Assembly: GCA_951406725.2 (NCBI GenBank)
Contig: OX597838.1
Coordinates: forward strand, 12,090,001 to 12,154,000
Direction of reading: 5' to 3'
DNA: 64,000 nucleotides
Origin: Octopus vulgaris
Lineage: Eukaryota
Part shown: one piece after another, positions 28,260 to 41,766 of the stretch
Numbering within the stretch: position 1 is the first letter of the stretch
How the letters are laid out: each line of letters starts with the position of its first letter
The notes under the pieces: generated by a model
The model's database searches: none
What the model saw: only the letters and a program-made list of their open reading frames with translations
What the model was told of the DNA's origin: nothing
Made by a program: the position numbers and the translations under genes

Positions 28260-29284
28260 GAGTACAGTTCAGTTTTAACAGTTATTTTTTCAAAGCTATA
28301 ATCGAAGTGACAAAGGAGCATATTCGGCATTTTTTTTACTTATGAGTCTAACAATGGCAACAACGCAACGGAAAGTGCGACAAATATTAATGCAGTAAGT
28401 GGGGATCGGACATTAAGTGTAAGCCAGTGTCAGTGGTGGTCGCAAAAATTCCGAACTGGAAACTGCAGCCTTGAAGACGAGCCTCGTCCTGTAAAATCTG
28501 TAGAGCACGACGAGGATGTCCTGCAAACCCTGGGGGAACAAAATCCCATCGTAACTGTTGAAGAACTAGCAGAGAAGCTTGGATTTGGTCATTCAGCTAT
28601 TCATCGACACCTGTATGCCATTGGAAACATCAGCAAATTGGGTCAATTGGTTCCTCACGAACTTTCCGAGTCTTATCGCGCGCAGAGAGTGAATGTGTGC
28701 TCCTCTTTGCTGTCACGTCTCACAAATGAATCTTTTTTGGACCGAATTGTTTGGTGACGAGAAATGGGGTTTTCTGTAAAAATGTCAAGCGCCGAAGACA
28801 GTGGGTAGGGAAAGGAGAAATACCGGCACCCTAGCCTAAAGAAGGTCTTCAATTAAGTGAGGTGTTGTTATCTGTTTGGTGAGATATGAACTTTTAAACT
28901 GAAACCAAACGATAACAGAGGAGGTTTACTGCGAGCAGCTTGAGCGGCTTAGGTCAACGCTAGAAGAAAAACGACCATTTTTGGTTTCAAGACGAAAGGT
29001 GTTCTTCCATCAGGATAATGCTCGGCTACATAGAGCGAGGATACATCCCAAAGGCTGGACGGAAAAATATGAATTCTGTAGATGAGGTCATAACAGTATT
29101 GGAGGAGTATTCTTCGTCAGGGAAAAGTGAATTTTGGAAAGGGGCCTTGCAAGTTTACAAGATAGAAGGAAGAACATTGTAAGAAATGAAGGACGGTGTA
29201 TTTTAGATTAAAAATGAACTTTGTTTATCTTAATTTTCAAAATTAAAAGTATAAAAAAACTGCATTATTTATAGGATGACCCAA
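28260..29284 (+). mobile_element. Mariner (DD34D-type) transposon relic with transposase pseudogene and 3' TIR
   Basis: EHIRH...QWWSQKFRTGNCSLEDEPRP...TVEELAEKLG..HSAIHRHL..IG..SKLGQLVPHELS...FLDRIV/GDEKW...FFHQDNARLH. Ends CATTATTTATAGGATGACCCAA-TA. Frameshifts, stops and a deletion near the third Asp. Confidence 0.95.
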
Positions 29285-29463
29285 TATATATGTGTGTATG
29301 TGTATATAATATGTTTATGAATTCGCAACCCCATGGATTTATGTACTCACAAGTCCATGGACCAAAATTGGCGTCAACATCCATGATACTCTGCCATTAT
29401 GTGCACCAACTGATACTCGAGCAAAACGCATAATACAGGTGTGTATGTGTATTACATATATAC

Positions 29464-29496
<33 letters not shown>

Positions 29497-29736
29497 TGTG
29501 TACACATATGTGTATTTATGTGCATGTGTGTATAATATCTAATAATTTATGCAAGGAAGAGAACAGTTAAGATTCCTTATATGTTACCTCCCATGATCTG
29601 TATATTTAATCACCTCGAAATCCTGTAAGTTCATGTAAGCTCATCCGAAATATGTCTTGATAACTGTTCAGAGGTTTCTTTTCCACATGAAACCAAAACC
29701 GTTGGTAATCTTGTTAACCTACAAATAAAATATGTA

Positions 29737-29853
<117 letters not shown>

Positions 29854-30054
29854 TTGAAGGGATTATATTTGACTCCAACGGTGCTAAATGTTTGGAACTT
29901 TGTGTTGCTATGCACAAAGCATAAAGGTAAGAGCACACCTGTGTGTATGTGTGTGTGTGTGGCAGTTGTTCAGTTGTTTTTTACTGTGTCTCACTGCACT
30001 GTATTAGGATGTACAATAGAAAGCAACATATATTACGTGTGTATATATATATAC

Positions 30055-30124
<70 letters not shown>

Positions 30125-31188
30125 GTCTCCCCTTGTCAGTCATTGACATATATATATGTGTGTATATGTATGTGTGCGTGTGTGTATGTGTGTGCATGTG
30201 TGTGCATGTGTGCGTGTGTGTTTACAGACGAACACTTACATTTATTATGATATACATACAATCACACAAACACACACGTAAGTATGTTCACATGTACAGA
30301 GTGGGTGTATATAGTTATACGATAATATATGACTATCATTAAGAAATATTTATTGCAGGTCGGTTGAGTTCGATGCTCCACTGATTTTGCTTTGTTTAGT
30401 TGACTCTGTTTCATTGTCTCTTTTAGAATTGACGTTCTTGGGAAATTCTAAATTGCTATGTTGTCAGTGAGGAATGGTGCCAAGTTTTGGATGTTCGGTA
30501 TGTAGGAGAGGGAGAGGGAGGAGAGAGAGGGGGAGACAGAGAAACAGAGAAGAAGAAGAAGAAGAAGAAGAAGAAGAAGAAGAAGGAGAAAAAGAAGATG
30601 AAGGAGGAGGAGGAGGAGGAGGAAACGAAGAAGAAGAACAAGAACAAGAAGAACAAGAATGAGGAGGAGGAGGAGCAGAAGAGGAGGAGGAGGAGGAAGA
30701 AGAAGAAGAACAATTAGGAGGAGAAGGAGGAGCAGAAGAAGAGGAAGAAGAAGAAGAAAAAGAAGAAGAAGAAGAAAAAGAAGACGAAGAAGACAGAGAG
30801 CAAAAGCAAGGGAGAAGGAGAGAGGGAGATAGAGAACAAAAAGGAAAGAAAGAAACAGGGAGAGAGAAGTGTGTTGCAATGAGAGAAAGAGATAGAGGAA
30901 AGAGAAAGGGTGGCAAGAAGAGTGGATGTGAGACAGAGGAAGAGAGAGGAAGCGGAAGGAATTGTGTGGGAAAGAGAGAGAAGCTTCGGAGGAAGAGATG
31001 GAGTGACAGAGAGTGAGAGAGAGAGAGAGAGTGAAAGAAAAGGAGAGGAAGAGAGAGATGGTGGATGAGTGAGGGAAAGAGGAAAAGGGGGAGGAGAGAG
31101 GGGAGAGAGTGAGAGAACGATAAGGAAGGAAAAAAGATAAAAGACTAAAAGAGGGAAAAAAAGAGTGAATATATATATACACACACAC

Positions 31189-31233
<45 letters not shown>

Positions 31234-31278
31234 AGTAAGTACTTGTGTGTGATGAATATATATATATGTATATATATG

Positions 31279-31311
<33 letters not shown>

Positions 31312-31312
31312 G

Positions 31313-31446
<134 letters not shown>

Positions 31447-31472
31447 TATATATTTATATATTTTATTATTAT

Positions 31473-31566
<94 letters not shown>

Positions 31567-31809
31567 GCTTGTCTGTTTGTACGTTAACTGCCCACCACCC
31601 GCAACCATGACACGTATGCGTGCATAAATATAGTAGAGCAACATGTAAGTTTGGCACTTGCAGAGCCGCAGTTAAAGAGGAGATGGATGGAATCTGTGTA
31701 GAGCGAGCAATCATGTGTAAGACATCAGCATCTGACGATGGGTTTAGGTTTGTAACAGTTCCAGAGACAAACGGATTAAGTTTGCAGTCAAATCTAGAGA
31801 GAGAAGAGG

Positions 31810-32225
31810 AGGGAAGGTAGGAAGAGGAAGAGGAGAGAAGGTAGGAAGAGGAAGAGGAAGAGAAGGTAGGAAGAGGATGAAGAGAGTAGGTGGGAAGAGG
31901 AAGAGGAGAGAAGGTAGGAAGAGGAAGGGGAGAGAAGGTAGGAAGAGGAAGAGGAAGAGAAGGTAGGAAGAGGAAAAGGAGAGAAGGTAGGAAGAGGAAG
32001 AGGAGGGAAGTTAGGAAGAGGAAGAGGAGAGAAGGTAGGAAGAAGAAGAAAGAAGGTAGGAAGAGGAAGAGGAAGAGAAGGTAGGAAGAGGAAGAGGAAG
32101 AGAAGGTAGGAAGAGGAAGAGGAAGAGGAAGAGGAAGAGGAGAGAAGGTAGGAAGAAGAAGAAAGAAGGTAGGAAGAGGAAGAAAGAAGGTAGGAAGAGG
32201 AAGAGGAAGAGAAGGTAGGAAGAGC
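31810..32225. repeat. Purine-rich minisatellite (AGAAGGTAGGAAGAGGAAGAGG units)
   Basis: More than 12 variable-length units anchored on AAGGTAGGAAGA. Confidence 0.9.
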
Positions 32226-33084
32226 AAAAGGAGGAGGACGATGACAGAGAACAAAAGAGAGACAAGGAGAGAGAGAGGGAGGGGTCGAAAGAGAGAGAGA
32301 AAGTATGAGAGAGGGAGAAAAGGAGGGATAAGAGAGAGGAGGGGAGGGAGGATGTAGTGAGAGAGCTCTCTCTCCTTTCCTTCTTACTTATTTTTACTCT
32401 TCTTTCTTTTCCTCTGTCTCTTTTTCCCTTTTCCCCCTATTTCTCTGTGACTCCCTCACTCGCTTTCTACTCTCTCCTCTTACCCCATTATGTCTCTCTC
32501 TCTCTCTCTCTTGCCTTCTCCCATTTGCTTCGCCCCCTCATTCTTTTTCTCCATCCTCTCTAACCCTCTTCGCCCTTGTCTCTCCTTTTCTTCCCCCTCG
32601 CTCTCTCATTCTTCCCTCTGCTTCCCTCTGTCTTTGTCGTTCATTCTCTTTCCCCTCCTCTTTCTCTCTTTCCCAAACACTTCTCCTTTCTCTCCCTCTC
32701 TCCCCTCCTTTCTATTCTCCTCTCTCTCACTGTCAGTCTGTCTATCTCTCTTCTCTCTCTCTCTCTCTTTCTCCCTCTCCACCCTCTCCCTACCCCACTC
32801 TCTTTCCACATGACGAACATTCGAGACTTAGCACCATTCCTCACTGACAGCAGTCGACCACGGTTACTCCCCTGCAAGAAACAGTGGCATAATCTTCTTC
32901 AGGAAGGACAATTCGGATTAAGTACTCCTAGATATACTGAAAGGGCATTTTAATAGGACTAGTTTCCCCAATCGTAGCACCGCATGATCACGTTCTTCTT
33001 ACTAAGTATGAACAAGTATTTGTTGTAAAGGAAAGAGTGGTCCCCTGTAACATACACAACAGCGAATAGCATATTCATGCTATT

Positions 33085-33297
33085 CTTTTGTCTTTTTCGT
33101 AAACTATCCCTATATATATATAGGGATAGTTTACGAAAAAAACAAAAGACGAAGGCAGGTGGTGTACAAAACAAACAGATGTATTAGAATAACGTACAGT
33201 CTTTTACATTTCGAGCCTACGCTCTTCTACTGAAAGGGACACAGAAAAAAACAAGGAGAGAAAAAATGTATGTAGTGGCTAACGATCTATGATGGCG

Positions 33298-33298
<1 letters not shown>
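33085..33298 (-). mobile_element. Family-A hammerhead element with a short inverted copy of its 3' end across (TA)6
   Basis: CTTTTGTCTTTTTCGTAAACTATCCC-(TA)6-GGGATAGTTTACGAAAAAAACAAAAG. Motif at 33201-33236 (-): cttt-CAGTAGA-a-GAGC-gtag-GCTC-GAAA-TG-TA-aaag. Confidence 0.85.
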
Positions 33299-33376
<78 letters not shown>

Positions 33377-33708
33377 TAGAAAAAACCACTATTATGCAAT
33401 TCAAACAATGATAGACATAAACCAAATCATAAATAAAAAAATAAAATATATTTTAAAACATATAACTAGATCACAAAAAGTACAAAAATGGATAAACTTC
33501 TAGGAAATATCACTGATGATGTGTCCTGATGCAACTTTACCATCGTCATCATTATCATCGGCATCATCGTCATCCCTGTCTTATAGTCCTCGTCATCATC
33601 ATCATCATCATCATTGTCTTCATCATCATCATAAAGAAATGAGGAAAAGGATGAAAGAAATGAAGAAGGCAAGGAATAATTATATGTCAGACAGGCAGAC
33701 AGACAGAG

Positions 33709-33747
<39 letters not shown>

Positions 33748-34189
33748 GGGAAGGAATAATGACAAGATAGGAATGGTGAAATACATGAGAAAAAAATAAA
33801 TAGAAGCGAAATTTGATGGAATGACAGAATAGTAGAACAGAGATGAAAAAAATGATTGCTTTTGAATTGAAGAAAGAATAATTGGTGAGTGCGTGTGCAG
33901 AATTTCTTTGGTTTTGTTTAAGGAGTTGATGTGATGAGATTAATGACAGTGCAGAGGTTAGATATATATTTATGGACGGACATAGGCAGACATACATACA
34001 TAACCAGTATAACTGGAACACGACCGCAGATTTACATAGAATTTTGATGAACTACAACCTCGGACCCTGCCGCAAGAGTACGCGGAGATAATTATCAATC
34101 TAAACAATATTGTTAGCCTGGTTTACTAACAGAGCGCTACAAAAGTATTTTACCCGGACTGATAATCCCTCACTAATGATTGTTATATA

Positions 34190-34604
34190 GGCGCAGGAGT
34201 GGCTGTGTGGTAAGTAGCTTGCTTACCAACCACATGGTTCCGGGTTCAGTCCCACTGCGTGGCATCTTGGACAAGTGTCTTCTGCTATAGCCCCGGGCCG
34301 ACCAATGCCTTGTGAGTGGATTTGGTAGACGGAAACTGAAAGAAGCCTGTCGTATATATGTATATATATGTATATATATGTATGTGTGTGTGTGTTTGTG
34401 TGTCTGTGTTTGTCCCCCTAGCATTGCTTGACAACCGATGCTGGTGTGTTTACGTCCCCGTCACTTAGCGGTTCGGGAAAAGAGACCGATAGAATAAGTA
34501 TTGGGCTTACAAAGAATAAGTCCCGGGGTCGATTTGCTCGACTAAAGGCGGTGCTCCAGCATGGCCGCAGTCAACTGACTGAAACAAGTAAAAGAATAAA
34601 GAGT
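34190..34604 (+). mobile_element. Full-length CORE-type tRNA-derived SINE with internal (TA)/(TG) microsatellite
   Basis: Head GGCGCAGGAGTGGCTGTGTGGTAAG...GGTTCAGTCCC, CTTGGACAAGTGTCTT core, tail GACTGAAACAAGTAAAAGA. Near-identical to the 45313, 45880 and 59109 copies. Confidence 0.93.
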
Positions 34605-34681
34605 ATATATACGACAGAAACTGGAATTTTGCATGGCTGCAGAGAAGTGACTGAAACAAGTAAAAGAATTATAGAATTAAC

Positions 34682-34746
<65 letters not shown>

Positions 34747-35379
34747 CTGAAGAGTCTACTAGAGTAGATGCAAGCGCTAATATATGATTTATAAAAACAT
34801 GTGACATATTAATAAAAATTTGTAAATATAAGACCATTCAGATTTTTGAGAACCTTATTTCTTCTAATATATAATACCTGTACATCACCTCCAAACCTTC
34901 TGATATATATACACATATATATGAGTGTATAAGTATTTATGCACAGAGACGTGACTCTTGATATGATGCCTTACATGCTAGAAAGGGCAACCAAACCCAA
35001 ACCGTGGAAAAGAGTAATTGCAAAGAGAATGAAAACAAAACTTATTTATAGTTAACCCCAAACTCAAGTTTCTGTATTAAGGAAGACATAAATTAATTTG
35101 TCATCCATGCGTCGTCAGTGGAAATGCTAAGACAATACATAATTATGTAGCTTAATACGTATCGAAATCACACGTGAATGCTGCATACTTATACATTTAT
35201 GTTTTCAAATCAACCGCGCGAGCACAGCCACATAGTCAGCAGCAAATAATAAAATTAAAACTGCATACCAAAAGGTTTTGAAATTATGAAAATTTTACTG
35301 TGAAAATTACAAGAGTAGAAAATTTCGAAAACATTTCATACTGGTGGCTAGCATGCGTAATAAAATTCAATAAACAACA

Positions 35380-35535
35380 TGTGTGTGTGTGTGTGTATCT
35401 TTGTGTCTGTGTTTATTCCCCATCCCCGTCGCTTACAACGGTATTGGTGTGTTTACGTCCCCGTAACTTGGCGGTTCAGCAAAGCCACCGATAGAATAAG
35501 TATTAGGCGTACAAAGAATAAGTCCTGGGGTGGAT
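35380..35535 (+). mobile_element. Partial CORE-type SINE (3' part)
   Basis: GGTGTGTTTACGTCCCCGTAACTT...ACCGATAGAATAAGTA...AAGAATAAGTCCTGGGG. Confidence 0.8.
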
Positions 35536-36659
35536 TTCGGACCTTGTGCTCAGGCAGAAAAGATTATAATTATCATCATTATTATTATTATTTTTGTAAT
35601 CATTATAATTGATTTCGTTTTACTCTATTCAACATTATAATATTGTGTAGTGTTGCATGGCAATAATGTATGTGTTTATCAATGTGTATGTGTGTATGTG
35701 TGTGTGTGTTAATGTGCGTACACGTGTCAGTACGTGTGTGTCAATGTGTGTGAGTGCAAATGTGTGTTCATGTGTATCCGTGTGCATGTATGTCCGTGCG
35801 CATGTGCATCCGTGTGAATGAGCAATAATGTGTTTGTGTGTGCTAGTATATAGATACCAGCGAATGTGTGTAACTGTATGTGCGTGTGTCAGTATATCTA
35901 TGTATGTCGATGTGTGTGGTGGCAATAAATTAACTCAAATTTGGAGACACAATTGCCATAGAACAGTCTGGACGGCATGGAGACTCAAAAGAAAGGGAAA
36001 TTAATATTATAAAGGAAGTCTTTTGGAAGCTTAATGAGCAGTTGCTTTCCAACGACCGTTTCTTTTCTACTTCTCCTTAATTCTATCTCCTAATATGTCT
36101 AATTCTCTTTTCCTTTATATCTTTCTAATACGTTTTTACTGCCAAGTGGAACCCGTTAATACATCATTTTCTATATCTACTTATTTGTTTTGATTATATC
36201 TTATCTATATATCTCGGTTTTATTTTGGATCTTATGTATGCTTTGTGTTTTCATGTTCTTTTTTTATCTATGTTTTCTTATCGATGTGTTTTATTTATTG
36301 ACACTGAGTATATCTTCTCTCGCAGTTTCTTAAGAGAACTGCTAGAATGCAGCAACTAACAAGATATATACAGTTAGAAGGTTAAATGAAATGGTGAGGG
36401 AACATAGGGAGGTAATTGTTTAAAAAGTCACCTGTGACACAAGACTATTCATTGCACAGCATCACACCTATACACCCTCCTATCACATACCTACATCCGC
36501 ACATATGCAAACATGCATATCCGTATAAATGAAGGGGACGTGTGCATGAAAGTCGCAATAAGGCACCGGATAGAATCTTACTCTTATATACATATACACA
36601 TACACATATTTACACATGCACACACACATACATATAAAATATATACATATATATATATA

Positions 36660-37100
36660 TATTTAATGTAGGATAAATTTTTTTTCGAAAAGAATTTTAT
36701 CCTACATTAAATATAAAATTAAGTGTTCACTTCCGGACTCTTTCACTCTGTCAGAGCCTCAGTTCAAATCGCACGTGTCTTTAATGGGCTGGAGTATTTC
36801 TATTTTGGATGTATTTGGGGTACTTAATTGTGCTCATGACTTAGTGTTTGCTTCTTCCATGGGTATGAGTAAGTATCTCATTTATTTCTTTGCCACATGT
36901 ATCACTGACGAAGGGAGGGTTCTTACGAACTAACCCTGAAATCGGTCCGATATGGTAATAATGGAATTTTTTAGAAATTTCTGTCGGCTTTTTTTAAAGT
37001 AGCGTGCGTATTATGATAAATTATATGGTAATGGACAATATGTCCAATTTTCGGCATATTTGGCATTAGAAATTTTTTCCGTTTGCCCTTATTTATATGT

Positions 37101-37102
<2 letters not shown>
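36660..37102 (+). mobile_element. Penelope-like pseudo-LTR element (family D) with 5' fold-back and canonical-core hammerhead
   Basis: 5' hairpin ATTTAATGTAGGATAAA...TTTATCCTACATTAAAT (36661-36712), motif at 36899-36953, (TA)n flanks, second partial copy at 942-1105. Confidence 0.8.
36899..36953 (+). ncRNA. Type-I hammerhead ribozyme motif, canonical core
   Basis: gtatca-CTGACGA-AGGG...CCCT-GAAA-TCGG-TC-cgatat. Stem II AGGG/CCCT; near-palindromic stem III; one A-C mismatch at the base of stem I. Confidence 0.75.
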
Positions 37103-37164
<62 letters not shown>

Positions 37165-37189
37165 CTCACTCACGTTCACATTTACACAA

Positions 37190-37654
37190 ATAAAACCGAA
37201 AAAGGAAAAAAAGAAATATATATATAAAATAAAATTTTTTAAAATTAGAAGACGTTAATATATATGGGAACCTTGTGCAGGAATATAGTAAAAATGTGAA
37301 TTCTAACCGTGAGCTTCGCGGTGGGGTGTGTCTCCAAAACCGTATCAGATATTTTGTCACATATGGACATAATCCAAAATGTTCAGTTCTTGAATTTAGA
37401 CATTTAGCGGGGTCCAAGGAACTTTTCCAGATGAGCCATCTTTCCATATTACAAAGACCACACTTGCTACTACCCTTGGTATAAGGTTTACACTTGGCTA
37501 AGATATTCCAGCAATTTCTGGACCATATATGGCTGGATAATCTGGTAGTCTTTTGTTTTTTTTTCTTCCAGTGTTTGAAGTTTAAGGTGTGATTGTTGAA
37601 CCAACCTTGCTTTGAAACTTCCATCTATGAGACCCACATATATCTTGGCTGAAA

Positions 37655-37658
<4 letters not shown>
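37190..37658 (-). mobile_element. Penelope-like element 3' fragment encoding a frameshifted GIY-YIG endonuclease C-terminal part
   Basis: KIYVGLIDGSFKAR / TRLSSHIW...WNILAKCKPY..GSSKCGLCNMERWLI...LNSRTE...CPY matches the YxG..FK.R...LS.H.W...CxLC..E...LN.R.E pattern of PLE endonucleases. Confidence 0.85.
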
Positions 37659-37731
<73 letters not shown>

Positions 37732-38043
37732 GGTGAGAAAGAGAAAGAGAGAGGATTACAGTGTCAAGTTGTAGAAAATTAAAGTTAAAGTCAGTAAATC
37801 ACCGATTCTACCTCTGTCCCCAAGTGTGCCGGGTGGATGAGATAAGCTCTAGACCGAAGTGCTGTTTATATTGGAGATATCGATGATGATCACTTCAAAG
37901 AGAAATTAGGCGTTTGGTGAAATCCATGGCAAGTTTGAGAGATCGATAGGGCGATAGATGGATCGATAGAGGGATCAATATCGATAGCTACGTATCTATG
38001 TTAAAAAATTCATATGCTCACACCACATAAATATTCACTCTTT

Positions 38044-38125
<82 letters not shown>

Positions 38126-38163
38126 ATACATATATATACATATATATATATGTGTATATATAA

Positions 38164-38206
<43 letters not shown>

Positions 38207-38273
38207 TGTCATGCGATATAGTGTATATTTAAACACACAAGAAATCCACTTATAGGGAATTCAGCACGCTATG

Positions 38274-38349
<76 letters not shown>

Positions 38350-38866
38350 TCCATGAAGTGAGTTAAAGAGAATGTCACACAAATTGGATAGAGACTGGAA
38401 AAGTAAGTTTGGTGAACGAGAGGGAAAGAGAAAGAGATGAGAGGATAGTGTGATATAGAGAGAGAAAGGGAAAGAGATGGAGGAGAGAAGGAATAAGAGA
38501 GTGATTGAAATAGAGATACAGAGAGTGAGAGAGAGAAAGAGTGAGACTTAGAGAGAGAGAAGTGATAAACCAAAGTAAAAATGGTATGTGCTTAATATGG
38601 TGACGTCTATATATAGGAACGATTTCTGCTAGAAGCATTATCCAATAACTCCTGTTAACAAACATTAAGACAGCTCCCTCTAGCAGATAATTAAACAAAC
38701 AATGGCCAAGAAGCAATATGGCGGCCGTCCTTTAACGTAGTTGCCGTTTCGAATTAAGATGACGGCAACGGATGTTTTTCTGTTAATTACAGCAAATCTA
38801 TTTCACAAGCTTCGTATGGAGTGCGTGTGGTTGTAAGTTTGCTTGGATGTATATAAGAACACACAC

Positions 38867-38897
<31 letters not shown>

Positions 38898-38978
38898 TGT
38901 GTGTGTGTGTGTACACATACATACATAATACTTATATACATATACATACATGTATATATATATATATGTATGCATATA

Positions 38979-39055
<77 letters not shown>

Positions 39056-39202
39056 GTATGTATGTATATATATACATGTATGGCATATATATGTGCAAAT
39101 ATACACATACCAACATATATAAACGCACACACGTAACACTTGCGCACGTACATACATAGCGATTCAAATACATACAGACTCTGCATCATACGCAGACACA
39201 CA

Positions 39203-39243
<41 letters not shown>

Positions 39244-40494
39244 ACACACACGCACACACACACACACACATACACAAATAGCAGACATCAGAGTGGAGGT
39301 GGGTCACACGAATTATTAATAAGTTGAAATTAAGATTTGTTAATTAATGGAGCGGAAGGTGTTGGTATAGGAGGGAGGTGTTTGTTTGGGTTCCTGCAGT
39401 CATGGGTGGGTAGGGATGAGTTGTTGTTGTCGGTGGTGATGGCGGTGGTGGTGGTGGTGGTGGTGGTGGTGGTGGTGGTGGTAGTGGTGGTCGTTGTGGA
39501 GGTGATAGTGCAGTAGTTGGTGAAGATCGGAAATGATGATGGTACTGTAGTGGTGGTGGTGGTGGTGGTGGTTGGTGGTATTGGTTGTGCTGGAGGAGGT
39601 GGTGGTCATCGTCGTCGTCATGGTTGTTACGGTAGTAGTAGTAGTTGTAGTGGTGGTAATAGTTGTGGTAATGGAGGTGGTGATTATAGTGGTAGTTGCT
39701 GTGATGATAGTTGTAGGAATGGTTGTGGTGGTAGTGGTAATGGCGGTGGCGGCTGTGGTGGCTCTAGAGGTGGTGGTGATGGTGGGTATGGTGGTGAAGG
39801 TGGAAGTGATGGTGATAGTGGTTGGCGGTCGTGGTGGTCGTGGCTGCGATGGTTGTCGCTGAATCGATGATGGTGGTGTTGATGGTGGAGGTGGTCATGG
39901 TCGGATGGTGTTGAATTTGTGCTGATCAATGAATTCATGTTGACAAACTTGTTAATATGTAGCCCCAGGTCAGCAGTAGTGATGATGGTGATGGTGATGG
40001 TGGTGATGGTAATCGTAGTGGTAGTGGTGGTAGTAGCGGTAGGTGGCTTGGGCTTAATGGACGTAATAGTGATGGTGGTGGTGGGTGGTGTTGATGGTGA
40101 CAATGTTGACGATGGTGATGATGATGGTGGTAGTGGTGATAGGTGGGTGGGTGACGATGGTGATGGTGATGATGATGGTGGTCGTGGTAATGGTGAGAAT
40201 TGACAGTGGTATTGGTGGTGGTGGCGGTGCTAGTGACAATGGTGGTCATGACAGTTATGGTGGTGGCGAGGATAGTAGTAAAAGTGATGACGATAATGAT
40301 GGTGGTGGTGATGGTGGTGGTGGTATTGGTGGTGGTGGTGGTGGTGGTAGTGGTGGTAGCAGCGGCGGTGGTGCTGCTACAGCTGGTAGTGGTAGATTAC
40401 GGCCGGTGGTATTATGTGTAACAATGTAAACTGAAATATTTGAGGTGGTATTGGTGGTGATGATTCTGTCATAACACACACACACACACACACA

Positions 40495-40532
<38 letters not shown>

Positions 40533-41088
40533 AACACCTTTAAACGAATCACAAGAGAACGGGAACTATTTAATAAACTCCATTGGCTTACAGTTGTTTC
40601 TGCTAACAAGAAACAATGCGCTTATAGTCGAGTGCTTCTGCATCATCTTATATCGTCCTGGGAGATTTTAAAATGAAGTACAAGTTTATTTAGGAAAGCA
40701 TTTATATGCATGGAAAAGATCACCGTCAAAAAGTATAGAGAATGTGTGTGCATATATATATATATATGCATATACACACATATATATATATATTGTTTGT
40801 TTTTATGTGAACATTAAACTGAGGGATCACTGGACTTTTTTTTTCAGTGTAAATTGGTAAATTGATTAATTTGTCAAAAAGGTATGATGAAGTCCTGGGA
40901 AGTTGCTGTCAAACTTTTCTCAGTAAAAATTATATATTTGCACACACGCGCGCGCGCGTACAAGCATATATATGACTGTGTGTGTTTCTATATTAATATA
41001 CATCATGACTACATACATACAAATGTATTTATATATCCATATATATGCGTGTTTGTGTGTGTGTGTGCGTGCGTTTAAATATACATAC

Positions 41089-41132
<44 letters not shown>

Positions 41133-41181
41133 ATGCACACGTATATAACTACTTCTATGCATGTCCCTATATAACTACGTT

Positions 41182-41281
<100 letters not shown>

Positions 41282-41766
41282 CATGATCCATTGGCGCTAA
41301 AGCTACCATACTGCTATTGTAATTTGATTCTAAGAATTTAAATGTATCCATTAAATCATTGCTATGGCACCAGCAGTCGGTTATAATTATATCGAGCACT
41401 GAACCAAATGCATGCTTTCACAGAGTCGAAAATTTAATTTAGTTCTTTCAAATCTTGTTTCATTCGTTCGCACTCCATTTTGTTTTCTCCTGGTTTTCTC
41501 AGTGCGAGGACAATTCACTTCTTGAGCCTACACGGGAGGCTCTAAGTTGTCGCTTAATTTGCAAGAAACGCCCACCAGTTCCTTGCCCTGGGAATTATGG
41601 CAGAGTGTCTTTAAAAAATTAGTGTTATTATATTGGCTTCTGTAGTTTTGGCGTATATTGTTTGTTTGATTAAAAAAAATAATAAATTTGTGAGATGGTC
41701 ATGGCGACGGCTGGAGGCGGCGTCGCTGTTGGTGGTGATGGAGCTGGTTTCTGCTTCTGCTGTCGC

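Noticed and set aside
30427-30497. Plus-strand exon candidate with a good polypyrimidine-AG and GTATGT
   Set aside because: Stop codons in all three frames. A non-coding exon cannot be excluded but is unsupported.
31640-31795. Open frames on both strands in a unique island
   Set aside because: No recognisable domain. The apparent acceptor is just the adjacent CT-rich minisatellite, and the donor is poor.
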